Made by a program: the position numbers and the translations under genes
Notes under the pieces: model-generated
Databases searched by the model: none
The model's input: the letters and a program-made list of their open reading frames with translations, nothing else
What the model was told of the DNA's origin: nothing
Assembly: GCA_038087875.1 (NCBI GenBank)
Contig: CM075987.1
Location: forward strand, 25,236,001 to 25,300,000
Direction of reading: 5' to 3'
Origin: Malacoraja senta
Lineage: Eukaryota
Length of the DNA stretch: 64,000 nucleotides
In this document: piece by piece, positions 12,166-25,769 of the stretch
How positions within the stretch are numbered: the first letter of the stretch is position 1
Layout of the letters: every line of letters starts with the position of its first letter

Positions 12166-12476
12166 GCGGCACGGTGACACAGCGGTAGAGTTGCTGCCTT
12201 ACTGCGCTTGCAGTGGCGGAGAACCGGGTTCGATCCCAACTACAGAGTTTGCACGTTCTCCCCTTGACCTGCGTGGGTTTTCTCCAAGATCTTCGTTTTC
12301 CTCCCACACTCCAAAGACGTACAGGATTGTAGGTTAATTGGCTTGGTATACTTGGTATAAGTGTAAATTGTCCCTGGTGTGTGTAGGGTAGGTTTAATGT
12401 GCGGGGGTCGCTGGTCGGCGTGGACTCGGTGGGCCGAAGGGCCTATTATCGCGCTGTATCTGTAAACTAAACTGAA
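12166..12476 (+). mobile_element. HE1 SINE
   Basis: tRNA head, V-domain, tail ...GTATCTGTAAACTAAAC. Confidence 0.85.
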
Positions 12477-13431
12477 CACAAGCGTCTTTCACACAAAGGT
12501 TGGTGGGTGTATGGAACGAGCTGCCAGAGGAGGTACAGTAGATGAGACTGGGACTATCGCAATGTTTAAGAAACATCTGGACAAGTACATGGCTAGGACA
12601 GGTTTAGAGGGATATGGACCAAAGGCAGGCAGGTTGGACGAGTGTAGATGGGGCATTTTGGCCGGTGTGGGCAAGTTGTACTGAAGGGCCTGTTTCCACA
12701 CTGTATCACTCTATGACCCTAAGTAGATGGAGTGGCAAAGAAAGAATTCTTGTGTGCGGAACTGTGCGCTGTGCTTGAAGTGTTGTGTACAGCTTTTGCC
12801 GTTTTGTGGAATTGTGGACTGGAGTCCATCATGAGTCCAAAGCATTTATTTCCATTTGCTTGTAGACCCAGTAATGGTGTGGCATTGAGCAAATAACATG
12901 GACCCTATGTCGAAACAAGGAACTGCAGATGCTGGTTTATGTCAAAGATAGCCACAAAGTGCTGGAGTAACTTAGCAGGTCAGGCAGCATCCCTGGAGAA
13001 AGAGGAGAAAGAGGATAGGTGACGTTTCGCGTTGGGACCCTTCTTCAGACTGAAAGTAGAGGGGAGAGGAGGGAGTCTGAAGAAGGGTCCCAACCCAAAA
13101 CGTCACCCGCACTTTTTCTCCAGAGATGCTGCCTGACCCACTGAGTTCCTCCAGCATGTTGTGTCTAACATGGACACTGCTTTGTGTACATTCTTGGTAT
13201 GCTTTGTTCACTGCACAGAATGAAACAGGAAAAATGCATTTGTTGAAAAAGCAATGAATCCTTTCATTGTGGTAGGCATGCACTCCAGACCATTGGGTGT
13301 ATAAAGAAATAATAGCAACACAACCAGAGGCCATTCGGGCCAACATGCCCATGCAAGCAGTTCCTCCTCTTTTGCAATCAACAGCAGTGATTGCATTTCA
13401 AGCAAAAAGTTGATTGAAATGTATGAAGGGA

Positions 13432-13741
13432 GTTTCGGTTTTAGAGATACAGCGCGGAAACGCCCTTCGGCCCACTGAGTCCACTCCGACCAGCGATCCC
13501 CGCACATTAGCATTATCCTACACACACACTAGGGGCAATTTTACATTTTATACCAAGCCAATTAACCTACAAACTTGTACGTCTTTGGAGTGCGGGAGGA
13601 AACCGAAGATCTCGTAGAAAACCCACGCAAGTCACGGGGAGAAGGTACAAACTCCGTACAGACAGCACCCGTAGTCAGGATCAAACCCGGGTCTCTGGTG
13701 CTGTAAGGCAGTAACTCTACCGTTGCACAACCGTGCCGCCC
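13432..13741 (-). mobile_element. HE1 SINE
   Basis: Full-length reverse-complement match. Confidence 0.88.
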
Positions 13742-13771
13742 AGTTATCAAAGGCATGATAAAATAATAGTA

Positions 13772-13958
13772 TGTTTAAAAAGGAACTGCAGATGCTGGAA
13801 AATCGAAGGTAGACAAAAATGCTGGAGAAACTCAGCGGGTGAGGCAGCATCTATGGAGCGAAGGAAATAGGCAACGTTTCGGGCCGAAACGTCGCCTATT
13901 TCCTTCGCTCCATAGATGCTGCCTCACCCGCTGAGTTTCTCCAGCATTTTTGTCTACC
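13772..13958. mobile_element. Fold-back (palindromic) Penelope pLTR mini-insertion
   Basis: ~75-bp near-perfect inverted arms 13808-13958 centred on GTTTCGGGCCGAAAC; 14-bp TSD ATAAAATAATAGTA (13758-13771, 13959-13972). Confidence 0.88.
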
Positions 13959-14424
13959 ATAAAATAATAGTAGTTTTCTTTTTAATTGTCTTCTTAAGCC
14001 TTCGACATCCTAGGCTGCATTAAAAACTATATTTTGTGTCTTTTGTGAGCTTTGACCTCGAGCATCCATTGTTCCATCCAAAAGGGAGATGATAGTATAA
14101 AAATTCTTAGCTGGCGATAATGGGTCAAGGCTAGAACTGTCTTCCATAAAGCAAAGTCTATACAGATTAAAGATTTACTGTCCCCATCAACAGAATGTGT
14201 GCACAAATATAGTTAATATAGAAGAAGATAATTGCCCAGACATGTAAATTGGCTTGTGTTGACTCACAGGCAATTTGTTTCTATCACAAGAACAATGAAG
14301 ATAGATTGCAACATAGACTGGGAAATACCACAGACACAATCATTTTAAGCCGATTCCCATTGGTGTCAATTAGGAAGTTCTTTCACACTCTAATTGGGAG
14401 ATGTATGTTTCTATAAGAGAGTTA

Positions 14425-14904
14425 AGGGGCCTGTCCCACTTGCATGCATTTGGGGCGACCAAACGGAAGCGGAGTTCACGAGAAGTTTGCGCTAAGTACG
14501 CGCTAAATTCGCGCGTGACGTCATTTGCGACATGCTGACCAATCAGCTGGGCAGGAGGCGGACCGACTGAATTTGGGCGTCGCACGGCGTCGGGCGGTGA
14601 TGTCATCACGCAACGCCACGCCGGGCAGTGACATCATCACGCAACGCCACGCGCTAGGCGTACGCCGTCAAGACGCTGCGTACGACCGCAATGCGCCTGC
14701 GTCCCGACAGGCCGTTGGCGCGCGAAGATTTCGGACACTGTCAGTTGTTTGGAGCCTGCGCGATGTCCGGGAACAGCCCCGCACAACTCTGCGCTTCTAA
14801 GTGGGACCGGCCCCCGCGCGGCCATACGGTGCCCCGTACGCCTCAAGGCGACCACATTTGGTCGCGCCAAACGCATGCAGTCGCATGCAAGTGGGACAGG
14901 CCCT
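14425..14904. mobile_element. PIF/Harbinger-type MITE, H1-related
   Basis: GGGGCCTGTCCCAC ... GTGGGACAGGCCCT; flanks TTAA / TTA; internal homology to 27-584. Confidence 0.85.
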
Positions 14905-14922
14905 TTAGATAGAGCTCTAGGG

Positions 14923-15158
14923 CAAGGGTTCCCAACCTGGGGTACATTTATCCCCAGTGGGGAAATTCCGCCTACCCAGGGGGTAAATATGTTGATTCTG
15001 GATTTGTACATGTTTTTTCTCATCGACTGTGACTGTGTTTGGTTCTGGTATACTGGTATCTGTTCATCATTAGTTGTTCATAAATGAGTGAAATAACATT
15101 GTTATGTGCTATTAAAGTTGCCAGGGGTAAACGGGACGAAAAGGGTTGGGAACCCCTG
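14923..15158. mobile_element. hAT (Charlie-like) MITE
   Basis: TIRs CAAGGGTTCCCAACC / GGTTGGGAACCCCTG; left flank CTCTAGGG fits NTCTAGAN-like target; right TSD missing. Confidence 0.75.
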
Positions 15159-15426
15159 TCCCACTGTACAAAGTAATTCAAGAGTTCTCCCGAGTTTCCC
15201 CTGATTCGAACTCGGAGAATTACGGTAATAGCCACTCGTAGGTACTCGGGGCTCTCATGGAGATCTTCACGAGCTTACCGCATTTCCCGAGTACCTGCCG
15301 TTAGCGTTACGAGCCGCTGAGAGACGTCCCGAGCTCCTACGTACATTCTACGTACTTACCACGAGTTTGATTTTTTTTTAAACTCGTGAGAGCTCTTGAA
15401 TTACCTCGTACAGTGGGACAGCCCCT
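15156..15426. mobile_element. PIF/Harbinger-type MITE, family H3 (left tip lost)
   Basis: CTGTCCCACTGTACAAAGTAATTCAAGAG ... CTCTTGAATTACCTCGTACAGTGGGACAGCCCCT + TAA. Confidence 0.8.
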
Positions 15427-16919
15427 TAACTCCAGCTTTTTGAGTCAACATTTTGGGTCAGATCCCTTCATCTGGACTGCACTAACTACTGTACATGATT
15501 AATCGCTCCCATTTTCATCTGAGACTTATTGGAAACTACTCTAATTTCCTGTTAAAATGTTATAGTGTTCTCAGGCATTATATGACGAGGGCTTTAAAAG
15601 CTGGTGGGAGCCCTCAATGCAATGTCTGGTGATTTAAATTATATTATTTATTCACTAAGAGGTTATCACGTAGTCAGTCTGCTCATTTAGTAAATTAACT
15701 TCATAATTTGAAAAGGTACCTTTGAACATCCTGAGGTAATCTTAACATTTTGGACTTCCAGAAAGAATTAAGATAACATTTACTTTGATGCGGTTTTGAA
15801 AGCAGCAGTTCATCAAAGAATGTATAGATGTGGGTGGGAGAGAGAGACTAGGTAGTCATTTTAATTGAAATTCACTCATATGTCCCTTTAAGGATTTGAA
15901 GTTATGAAGTTATTAAGATATATAATGGAGGCATGTGATACATTTTTGATGAGCTGCTCCACACAAAAGGATTGTGATATTTCCATAATTAATATTTAAT
16001 GTTCTTTACAATGTGAACAGAAGCACGGTTAAGGTTCGGACTGTGGGAATGCTTATTTTTTTTAATCAAAGAGAAGAAAGCGTTCTTATCCCTGCAGTAA
16101 TTTTTGTGCCTCATTGTACAATTGTCAAACATTGTCTTGGAAAGAAATTCAGTTGAGCTCTGAACAATCTTTGAACAAGCTGCTAGTGTGAAGAGTGAGG
16201 TTTAAGTGGGTGTGGGTAAAATTCAGCTGTGACATTTGCCCATGTCAATCGCCAAGGAAGGAAGAGTCTGTTGCTGGAAAGTTGCATGATGTTGGGGGGG
16301 AACAAACATTGACCCTAACGGTTTCTTGCTAATTACTCACAAAGAAAGACCATGCATGTGTATAAAAGCATGCTGCAGTCCCTGTAAAAAAACTGCAGAT
16401 GCTGGAAATCTAAAATAAACCACAAGAAATGCTGAAAATTCTCTGCTGATCAGGCCACATCTGTGGGAAGAGAAGCAGGGTTAATGTTTCAGGTTGAAAG
16501 CCCTTTGACAAAATGATATTAAGTGCTGGAGTAACTCAGCAGTTCAGACAGCATTTCTGGAGGACATGGATAGGTGATGTTTCATGTTGGAACCCTTCTT
16601 CAGACTGATTGTAGGGGAGGGGTGGGGGGGGGAGGAAGAAAACTGGAGGAGAGGAGAGGCAGCACAAAGCACGGCAGGTAATATGTTTAAGAAGGAACTG
16701 CAGATGCTGGAAAATCGAAGTTAGACAAAAATGCTGGAGAAACTCAGCGGGTGAGGCAGCATCTATGGAGCGAAGGAAATAGGCAAAGTTTCGTGTCCCT
16801 TCTAATATGTTTCTTTTCAGGTCGAAACCCTTCTAATTTGTGTAGTTTAGTTTAGAGATGCAGCACGGATACAGGCCCTTCGGCCCACCGCCTTCCTGGT
16901 GGTTGCATCCACCCGGATG

Positions 16920-17400
16920 ACATGGCCTGTCCATGGAAGCAGTGATCATAAAGGCCCAGCTTCAATGGACAGGCCATGGGATCCGGGTGGATGCCTCGTC
17001 AACTCCTGTAGGGAGGTTCTGTCACAGGGTCAAAGGAACTTGGGGAAACGGTTCAAAGACTGCGTCAAGGACCACCTCCAGCACGCAGGCCAAACCCCAA
17101 AAGAACTGGAAACCCGTGGCAGTGACAAGACTGGCTGGCGATTAGACAACCACTAGGAAGGCGATCAGCAGTTTCGTGGACAATCGCAGAAGCCGACTGG
17201 TTTGTGCCGGAGACAGGAGGAAGGCTGCAGCCCTAAATGCCTCCCCCTACAGCGGCCTCCATGTGCCTCCTACTGCTCCCGTGCGTGTGTGGCTCGCGCA
17301 TCAGACCCGTGAGCCACGCACGACCCCATGAGACGCAAGACCGCACAACCATGCGATCGTCATCTTTTGTCTACCACGTGCCACCACCACAGCACGCCAA
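16920..17400 (+). mobile_element. RTE LINE 3' fragment (degenerate)
   Basis: SMEAVIIKAQLQWTGH, KRFKDCVKDHL...E..G.DK.GWR and CVCGSRI...SH.R.H motifs typical of the RTE ORF C-terminus. Confidence 0.75.
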
Positions 17401-19995
17401 CACCTCGCCCACAGACGACAATCGACCCTTTTCTTGATCATCGTGACTTGATCATCGCATATCTATAATTCATTTGTGTTTGAAAGAACTGCAGATGCTG
17501 GTTTAAATCGAAGATAGACACAGAATACTGGAGTAACTCAGCGGGACAGGCAGCAGCTCTGGAGAGATCTCTCAAGTATTACTCCAGCTATCTTTAACGT
17601 GTCTATCTTTAACTCATTTGTTCTATATCTCTCCACATCACCGTCTATATCTCTCGTTCCCTTTCCCCTGACTCTCCGTCTGAAGAAGGGTGTCGACACG
17701 AAAGGTCACCTATTCCTTTCTTCCAGAGATGCTGCCTGTCCCGCTGAGTTACCACAGCTTTTTGTGTCTATCTTCGGTTTAAACCAGCGCCTGTAGTTCC
17801 TTCCCACACAACTTGAAACATGAACTCACTTTCCCACTCTACAGAGACTGAGTGACCTGCATTTTCCATCTAATCGACTTACTGCATTCTTTGCCATTAT
17901 TGTTTGGTCTGTCACTGGATTTTAATTGGTCATTATATAGTTTTATTCCGGCTCGCTATGAAGATGTGTTCATTTGCACAGGAAGATTTCATGTGCAGCC
18001 AGTTTCTTTGCAGCTTCACCACTTATAGATTTATTTTCAAATCATTTCACAGTGGGTGGTGGGCATATGTAACGAGCTGCCAGAGAAGGTAGTTGAGGCA
18101 GGTACCATAACAACATTTAAAAGACATTTGGACAAATACATGGATCGCAAAGGTTAGAAGGATGTGGGCCAAATGCAGGCAGGCGGGACGAGTGTAAATG
18201 GGGCATGTTAGTCGACATGGGCAAGTTGGGCCGAAGGGCCTGTTTCCACGCTGCGTGATCAGAGTCAAAGAATCATAGAGTGATACAACGTGGAAACAGG
18301 CCCTTCGGCCCAACTTGCCCACACCGGCCAACATGTCCCATCTACACCAGTCCCACCTACCTGCGTTTTGCCCACATCCCTGTCCTTTCCATGTACCTGT
18401 CTAAATGCTTTCTAAACTTTGCGATACGTACATGCCACAACTACCTCCTCTGGCTGCTCGTTCCATACACCCACCACCCTTTGCGAGAAAAAGTCACCCC
18501 TTCAGATTCCTATTAAATCTTTTCTTCTTCACCATAAACCTATGTCCTCTGGTTCCCTGATTCCCCTGCTCTGGGCAAGGGACTCGATCTATTCCTCTCA
18601 TGATTATATGCACTTCTATAGGATCACCCCCTCATCCTCCTGCACTCCCAGTAGAATCCCAGCCTGCTCAACCTCTCCCCATACCCCAGGCCCTCTAGTC
18701 CTGGCAATATCCTCGTACATCTCTGGCAGAGAGATTCTATGATTATTTCCATCCAATATTGATAAACCTGAAAAGAGGTTGGGTTGCTAGGGAATCGTAG
18801 TATCTTTTGAACTGCTACAGTTGAGAGGAGTTATGTGTTGCTCAAAAGCCAAAACATTCCCAAAGCAGAATGGGATTGGATTCTGGAAGGACTGAGCTCA
18901 TAAGGTCATAAGTGATAGGAGCAGAATTAGGCCATTCAGCCCATCAAGTCTACTCCGCCATTCAATCATGGCTGATCTATCTCTCCTTCCTAACCCTATT
19001 CTCCTGCCTTCCCGGAACCCCTGACACCCGTACTAATCATGAATCTATCTATCTCTGCCTCAAAAATATCCATTGACTTGGCCTCGACAGGTTTCTGTGG
19101 CAATGAATTCCACCTTCTAACTAAAGAAATTCCTTCTCATCTCCTTCCTAAAGGAACGTCCTTTACTTCTGAGTCGATGACCCCTGGTACTAGACTCTCT
19201 CACTAGTGGAAACATCCTCTCCATATCCACTCTATCCGAGCTGTGTGCATGAGTGGGTTCGATGAATGTTTGCTATCCCCTGAAGACTCAGACCCAGCAA
19301 GGTATGAAATAAATCTAACATTGCGTTTGTGTATTGTGGACGGCTCTCCGCTATCTGAGCCCCACAGCTCTCAACCGCATCATTATGCACCGTTCTGCTT
19401 CATCCAGCCTGCTCCCACTGGGCTCAATCAGACGTGTTCCTGTCTCTCCTCTCGAGTGTTGTCCCAGTCACCGCTCACTTTACGCACCTGATGTGGAGGG
19501 GATGAAAGAAGAAAAGAGAAGCAGTAGGATCAAGAACCATCTAAAGAGGAGAAAAGCCTCAGCAGATTGATTATCGGACCAGTTTTATTGTGACCAAACT
19601 CGCTGGATGTTTGCCCCAGGCCTTGTTATGTTCACCAATCGGGCCCATCAAGTCTACTCCGCCATTCAATCACGGCTGATCTATCTCTCCCTCCTAACCC
19701 CATTCTCCTGCCTTCTCCCCAAAGCCCCTGACACCCGTACTAATTAAGAATCTGTCAATCTCTGATTTAAAAATATCCACTGACTTGGCCTCTACAGCCT
19801 TCTTGTGGCAAAGAATTCCTCAGATTCACAACCCTCTGACTAAAGAAATTCCTCCTCATCTCCTACCTAAAGGAACGTCCTTTAATTCTGAGGCTTTGAC
19901 CTCTAGTTCTAGACTCCCCCGCTAGTGGAAACATCCTCTCCACATCCACTCTATCCAGGCTTTTCACTCTTCAGCCAGTTTCAATGAGGTCCCCA

Positions 19996-20195
19996 NNNNN
20001 NNNNNNNNNNNNNNNNNNNNNNNNNNNNNNNNNNNNNNNNNNNNNNNNNNNNNNNNNNNNNNNNNNNNNNNNNNNNNNNNNNNNNNNNNNNNNNNNNNNN
20101 NNNNNNNNNNNNNNNNNNNNNNNNNNNNNNNNNNNNNNNNNNNNNNNNNNNNNNNNNNNNNNNNNNNNNNNNNNNNNNNNNNNNNNNNNNNNNNN
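19996..20195. other. Assembly gap (200 N)
   Basis: Run of N, between CR1 fragments. Confidence 0.99.
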
Positions 20196-22635
20196 CACCA
20201 ACCAACATGCACCCAGCTACAACTCGTCCCACCTGCCGCGTTTGGTCCATATCCCTCCACACCTCTCCTTCCTGGCTCCAGGAATGGGAATAAACTAGTC
20301 CCCTTCCAACCCAGGTCATCGCTCCCTAATGACCTTCAATTATCTACCCATTCTATTGCAGTCCAAGGACAGCCAGTAAAAAGACAAGTTTAATGTGCTG
20401 AAACATTCCCGTCGTTAATCCTGTGTCGGAGGAGCTGCAGATGCTGATTTACACCTGAGATAGACACAAAACACTGGAGTATCTCAGCGGGACAGGCAGC
20501 GTCTCTGGAGAGAAGGAAAGGGTGACGTTTTGGGTCGAGGCCCTTCTCATGACTGGAGAAGGGTCTCGACCCGAAACGTCACCCATTCCTTCTCTCCAGA
20601 GACGCTGCCTGTCCTGCTGAATTACTCCAGCATTTTGTATCTGTCCCTCTGTGATCCTGTTAGTTCATCATTTGAGCTCTTCCCCCCCCCACCCCCCCAG
20701 CATACCTCATCCAGTGTTTTAGACTAGAGATACAGCGCCGGAACAGGCCCTTCGGCCCACTGAGTCCGTGCCATGCAGCGATCACCACGTACAATAACAC
20801 TATCCTATCCCCATCCCCTGCTGTCTTCTCGAAATGTTGCCATTTATGTTTGACACTACCACGGATGCTGCCTGACCCGTTGAGTACTTCCAGGATTTTT
20901 CTGCTTTTTATTTCAGATTTTCAACATCTGCCGTACTATATTTTGCGCCTCCAGTGTGTAGATGTCAGATTTGAAGACGTGGGCAAATTAACCGACTATC
21001 GTGTCTGTCGTGACAACATGCATTTAAGAGCTGCCTTAATGTACAAAAACATCATATCAACTTAAAGCACAGTGGAATTGTAGGCCTCAATCAAAAAACA
21101 TTTCATTGAACAGAAGCTGGCATTTACTAATTAACATTTAATTGAATGAAATACAAAAAGTATAAGAATGATCATTTTAAAGCATACTACTGATCTTTTC
21201 AATTGTTGCATTATCACTCCTTGAAAAGCAAACATTCAAATAAGCCATTGGGTAACTTATAAGGCTCATGTTAAATTGCTATTTAATTTATTGAGACTGA
21301 CTGATTGAAAGTGAACCATGGCTGAGAGAAAGCTGGATTGCTTCAAAGAAAACAGTTAAAGTGGAGCTTGTTCATCTGGCAGGTTTTTGGTCGTCTATTC
21401 CCAAGAGACGCCAAAAAATTGCAAAGACATGCTGAAAATAAACATTAGGTCAAAATCTGTAATGCAAAGGCGCAGAGAGAAGAGCGACTGCCTCAATGCC
21501 AGAGACCTGGGCTCAATCCTCAGATTAAAATGACACGGCGGCGTAGCGGTAGAGTTGCTGCCTGACAGCGCCAGAGATCCGGATCCGATCCTGACTAGGG
21601 GTGCTGTGTGTACAGAGTTTGTACCTTCACCACGTGGGTTTTCTCCGGGTGCTCCGGTTTCCTCCCACACTCCAAGGTTGAAGCTCAATCTGCTTCGGGA
21701 AGAATTGGAAATTGTCCATCGTGTGCGTAGGATAGCGCCAGTGTATGGGACGGTCGCTGGTCGGCATGGGCTCGTGGGCCTGTTTCCATGCTGTCTGTCC
21801 ATCTCTAAAGTCTAAAGACTCCAAGATATGCATAGAAACATAGATAATAGGTGCAGGAGTAGGCCATTCGGCCCCTCGAGCCAGCATCGCCATTCAATAT
21901 GATCATGGCTGGTCATCCAAAATCAGTACCCCAGTTCCTGCCTTCTCCCCCATATCCCTTGATTCTGTTAGCCCCAACAGCTAAATCTAACTCACTCTTG
22001 AATTTATCAGAAATGCTGAAAATAAATATCCGGACAAAGTCTGTGAATTGAAAGGGCGCTGCGTGGCAAGGCTAGTAGACCCACTGGGTCACGATGCCAG
22101 AGACCTGGGTTCAGTCCTGGCATCAAGTGCCACTTTTGCCGAGTTCACACATTCTCCGTGACTGCCCAGTTTTTCTCAGGATGCTCCATATTCCACCTAA
22201 AGATGTGCTGATTGTTGCGTTAATCGGCCACTGCAAAGTGCCTCCAGTTTGTCGGTGAGCGGTCGAAAAACTGGGGTGAATAGATGAGAGTGCGAGAGAA
22301 TCCAATAGATGGGTTAATGTGAGATTAGTGTAAATGGGCTGTTGGTGTTCAGCAGGGGCTCAGGTGGGCCGAGAGGCCACACTCTATGACGACAACAAGC
22401 CCGCGTTGCAGTTGCACGTCCTTGTAACCCATCCACCACCCAGAAAAATGAACCTGTCATGTTTGCAACAGCCGTTGGAAGTATACAAAGACACAGCCTT
22501 GTCCCAGGATTCGAGTTCAGTTCAGAGATACAGCGCGGAAACAGGCCCGTCAGCCAACCAAGTCCGTGCTGACCAGTGTTCCCTGTACACACTGTCCTAC
22601 ACACACAAGGGACAAGGGGCCAGCAAACAATACAA

Positions 22636-22946
22636 TTAGTTTAGTTTAGATTAGTTTAGTTTAGAGATACAGCGTGGAAACAGGCCATTTGGCACCAACC
22701 AGCGATCCCCGCACACCAACGCTAACCGATACACACACACTAGCGGCAATTTACACTCACACCAAGCCAATTAACCTACAAACCTGCACACCTTTGGAGT
22801 GAGGAGGAAACCGGAGCACCCAGAGAAAACCCACACAGGTCACGGGGAGAACGTACAAACTCCGTACAGACAAGCGCCTGTAGTCAGGATCAAACCCGGG
22901 TCTCTGGCGCTGTAAGGCATCGACTCTACCGCTGCGCCACCGCGCC
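22636..22946 (-). mobile_element. HE1 SINE
   Basis: Reverse-complement match with (TTTAG)n tail. Confidence 0.85.
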
Positions 22947-23076
22947 TTGGTACGCGCAAACAGACACCAAAGAGGCTTCACGAGAGTGCAGTTGTCAAAC
23001 ACTTCAGCAATGCACAAGACTTAACATAACTTATTTTCAACACTGATCTTTGCTCTTTGTGTTACTGTCATTCCTG

Positions 23077-23397
23077 CAAAGGTTGCCATCTCTCCTTGAA
23101 GCCAACTTTTATGTTCTTAAAAATAGATCTGTGCACGGAAAAGATTTATTGGATAAAGGACTTCATGGACCGTCAAGATGACCAATATACTTTTTAATTG
23201 GCAGAGCAAGAATATGAGCAGTGTCAATGAACGAATCAGTCCATAAATTAATTAATATAGAGGCAGAACTGTTGGCGTTGGGAAATTTGTGATAAAACCA
23301 TAACAGATTCAACCAGAGGTGACATCCCTGTTGAAGGAACTCCAAGGACAATTATCCACATTTTTCGTCTACTTTATAGGAGAGATGGCAACCTTTG
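23077..23397. repeat. Perfect 20-bp inverted repeat pair (putative old hAT-like MITE)
   Basis: CAAAGGTTGCCATCTCTCCT (23077-23096) / AGGAGAGATGGCAACCTTTG (23378-23397); no TSD visible. Confidence 0.6.
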
Positions 23398-25769
23398 AAG
23401 CTCTGCCTGTTAGTCTTTGACATTTCCACCTTGTCTGTATGGAGTTTGTACTGTGCTCCGGGATCTCTAGTTTCCTCCCACATTCCAAAGACGTACAGGT
23501 TTGTACGTTAATTGGCTTGGTATGAATGTAAATTGTCCCTAGTGTGTGCGAAATTGACCATAGCCAGGGTGTAGGATGGTGTTAATGTGCGGGGATCGCT
23601 GGTCGGCATGGACTTAGTGGGCCGAAGGGCCTGTTTCCGCGCCGTATCTCTGAACTAAGCTTATTTTTGCTAAATAACAGAGAATGGGTTATGTAATTAC
23701 AGGCCAGTTAGTTTAACTTCAGTACTGGAATGCATTCTAAGGAGAAGTAATATCTGTCTGATATTAGATCAGCATGTTTTATTTCCCATCTCTGAATGGA
23801 GGACATGTCCATCCTGACCAGCTAGTTTGTCCCCCAAGTTAACATATTGCAGCAAGCAAGCTCTTTTGCCTGGGTTCTACTATCAATATCCTAGAAACAT
23901 AGAAAACAGGTGCAGGAGTAGGCCATTCGGTCCTTCGAGCCAGCACCGCCATTCAATATGACCATGGCTGATCATCCTAAATCAGTGCCCCGTTCCTGTT
24001 TCTCCCCATATACCTTGATTCCGTTAGGCCCAAGAGCTAAATCCAACTCTCCCTTGAAAACGTTTTTTTCAACTACTGAACAAAATCGCCTCACTGGTGA
24101 CAAATTGACCAACAGGATGAAGGGCAGCTGGGCGAGTGGTCAAGCAGGCGTTTCATGGCCGAGCTCTGCGCTTTGGTCCGCTGGGTTTGGCTGGCGAATG
24201 AAAGGACAGCAGAGGAACAGGGAGGCTGACCCAACATCCTGTCAGTCCAGAGCGGACACACAGCACATTCACCTGCAGCCTCCAAGACTGAAGTGGGTGA
24301 GGAGATGTCAGCAGTTGGATGAGGTCCCTGAACCACAGCTGACCCCCAGTACAAAAGGAGGATAAGAGGAGACAATTGAAGTGCATAAAATATTGAGCAT
24401 TTTTCTCGGCGGAATGGTCCGATACCAAGAGGCACAATCAAGGTATTGATTTAAACAGGAGAAGTGGAACATTGTTTTTAGCCAGTCTTTGGTCGGGTCC
24501 ACAGTTGTCTATTTGAAAGGACGGTAAAGTCAGAACCATTCATCACATGGTTTGTAGGTTAATTGGCTTCGGTAAAAAATTGTAAATTGTGTCCTGTGTG
24601 TTAGATAGTGTTAGATTCACCTCCAGATTCAGGGACAGCTTCTTCTCAGCTGTTATCAGGCAACTGAATCATCCTACCACATCCAGAGAGCAGTGCTGAA
24701 CTACTGTCTACCTCTTTGGTGACCCTCGGACTATCCTTGGCTGGCTTTGCCTTGCACTAAACGTTATTGCCTTATGTATCTGTACACTGTAAATGGCTCA
24801 ATTGTAATCATGTAATGTCTTTCTGCTGACTGGATAGCACACAACAAAAGCTTTTCACTGTAACTTAGTACACGTGATAATAACCCAAAATAAACTAGTG
24901 TACAGGGTGTCCACTGGTCGACACGGACTCAGTAGGCCGAAGGGCCAGTTTCTGCGCTGTATTGCAAAAGACATCCAAAGAGTACGTGGATGTACAGTCA
25001 AGGATATGTGCGGGAGTCAGGAGTTATGGGGAGAAGGCAGGAGAATGGGGTGTGGAGAGGTAGATCAGCCAGGATTGAATGGCGGAGTAGAATTCATGGG
25101 CCGAATGGCCTAATTCTGCCTCCCATCACTTATGAAGGATCCTGACTGCAAGACTGTGGACTTGATGCTGGATTGAGAGACTAAATTGGTCAGTCCTTTT
25201 CACCTCAGACAATGTGAGACAAAAGTCAGCCATATTTTTTTTGCAAAGTTAGAAAGTTTATTCCAGTTTCAGCACAGCAACTTAAATACAGCTTCAAGCA
25301 ACAGAAAGGCCCCCTTTTCTGATGGACATCCATCCCCACATCACAAGATTTCTGCGGTTCAGCATTAATGAAGCAATCTTATCAGGAAACCCACTAAATG
25401 GAAATTTGAAAGCAGCTTAGACAGCTGTATTCTGGTGCTGTGCGGTAGATCTCTCAGATGCCGGTTCCCTACTGAAGGAACAATTTATCAAACTCATTTG
25501 AAATTTAACCTTCAGAGATTATGTCAAGCTTTTTTTACCCCCCCCAACTTCTGTGATTAAAAACTATTCTGAAGTATACCGTCACGAAGCAAAGATCACA
25601 CAGACCTCTGTCTGCATTTGGCCTGAAATTAGTCATTGAAGATGCAAAGAAAATATCGAAAGCATCTTTGTTTTTGCGCTGTTTATGCTAAATCCTCTGG
25701 ACATAATTCAGGGATAGATGCTCCTTTCTACTGTCGCCATGGAGACGTGGGCAGAAGTTTTAACAACTT

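Noticed and set aside
19964..20319. ORFs containing X runs (also 55708-56069)
   Set aside because: Artefacts of translating N gaps
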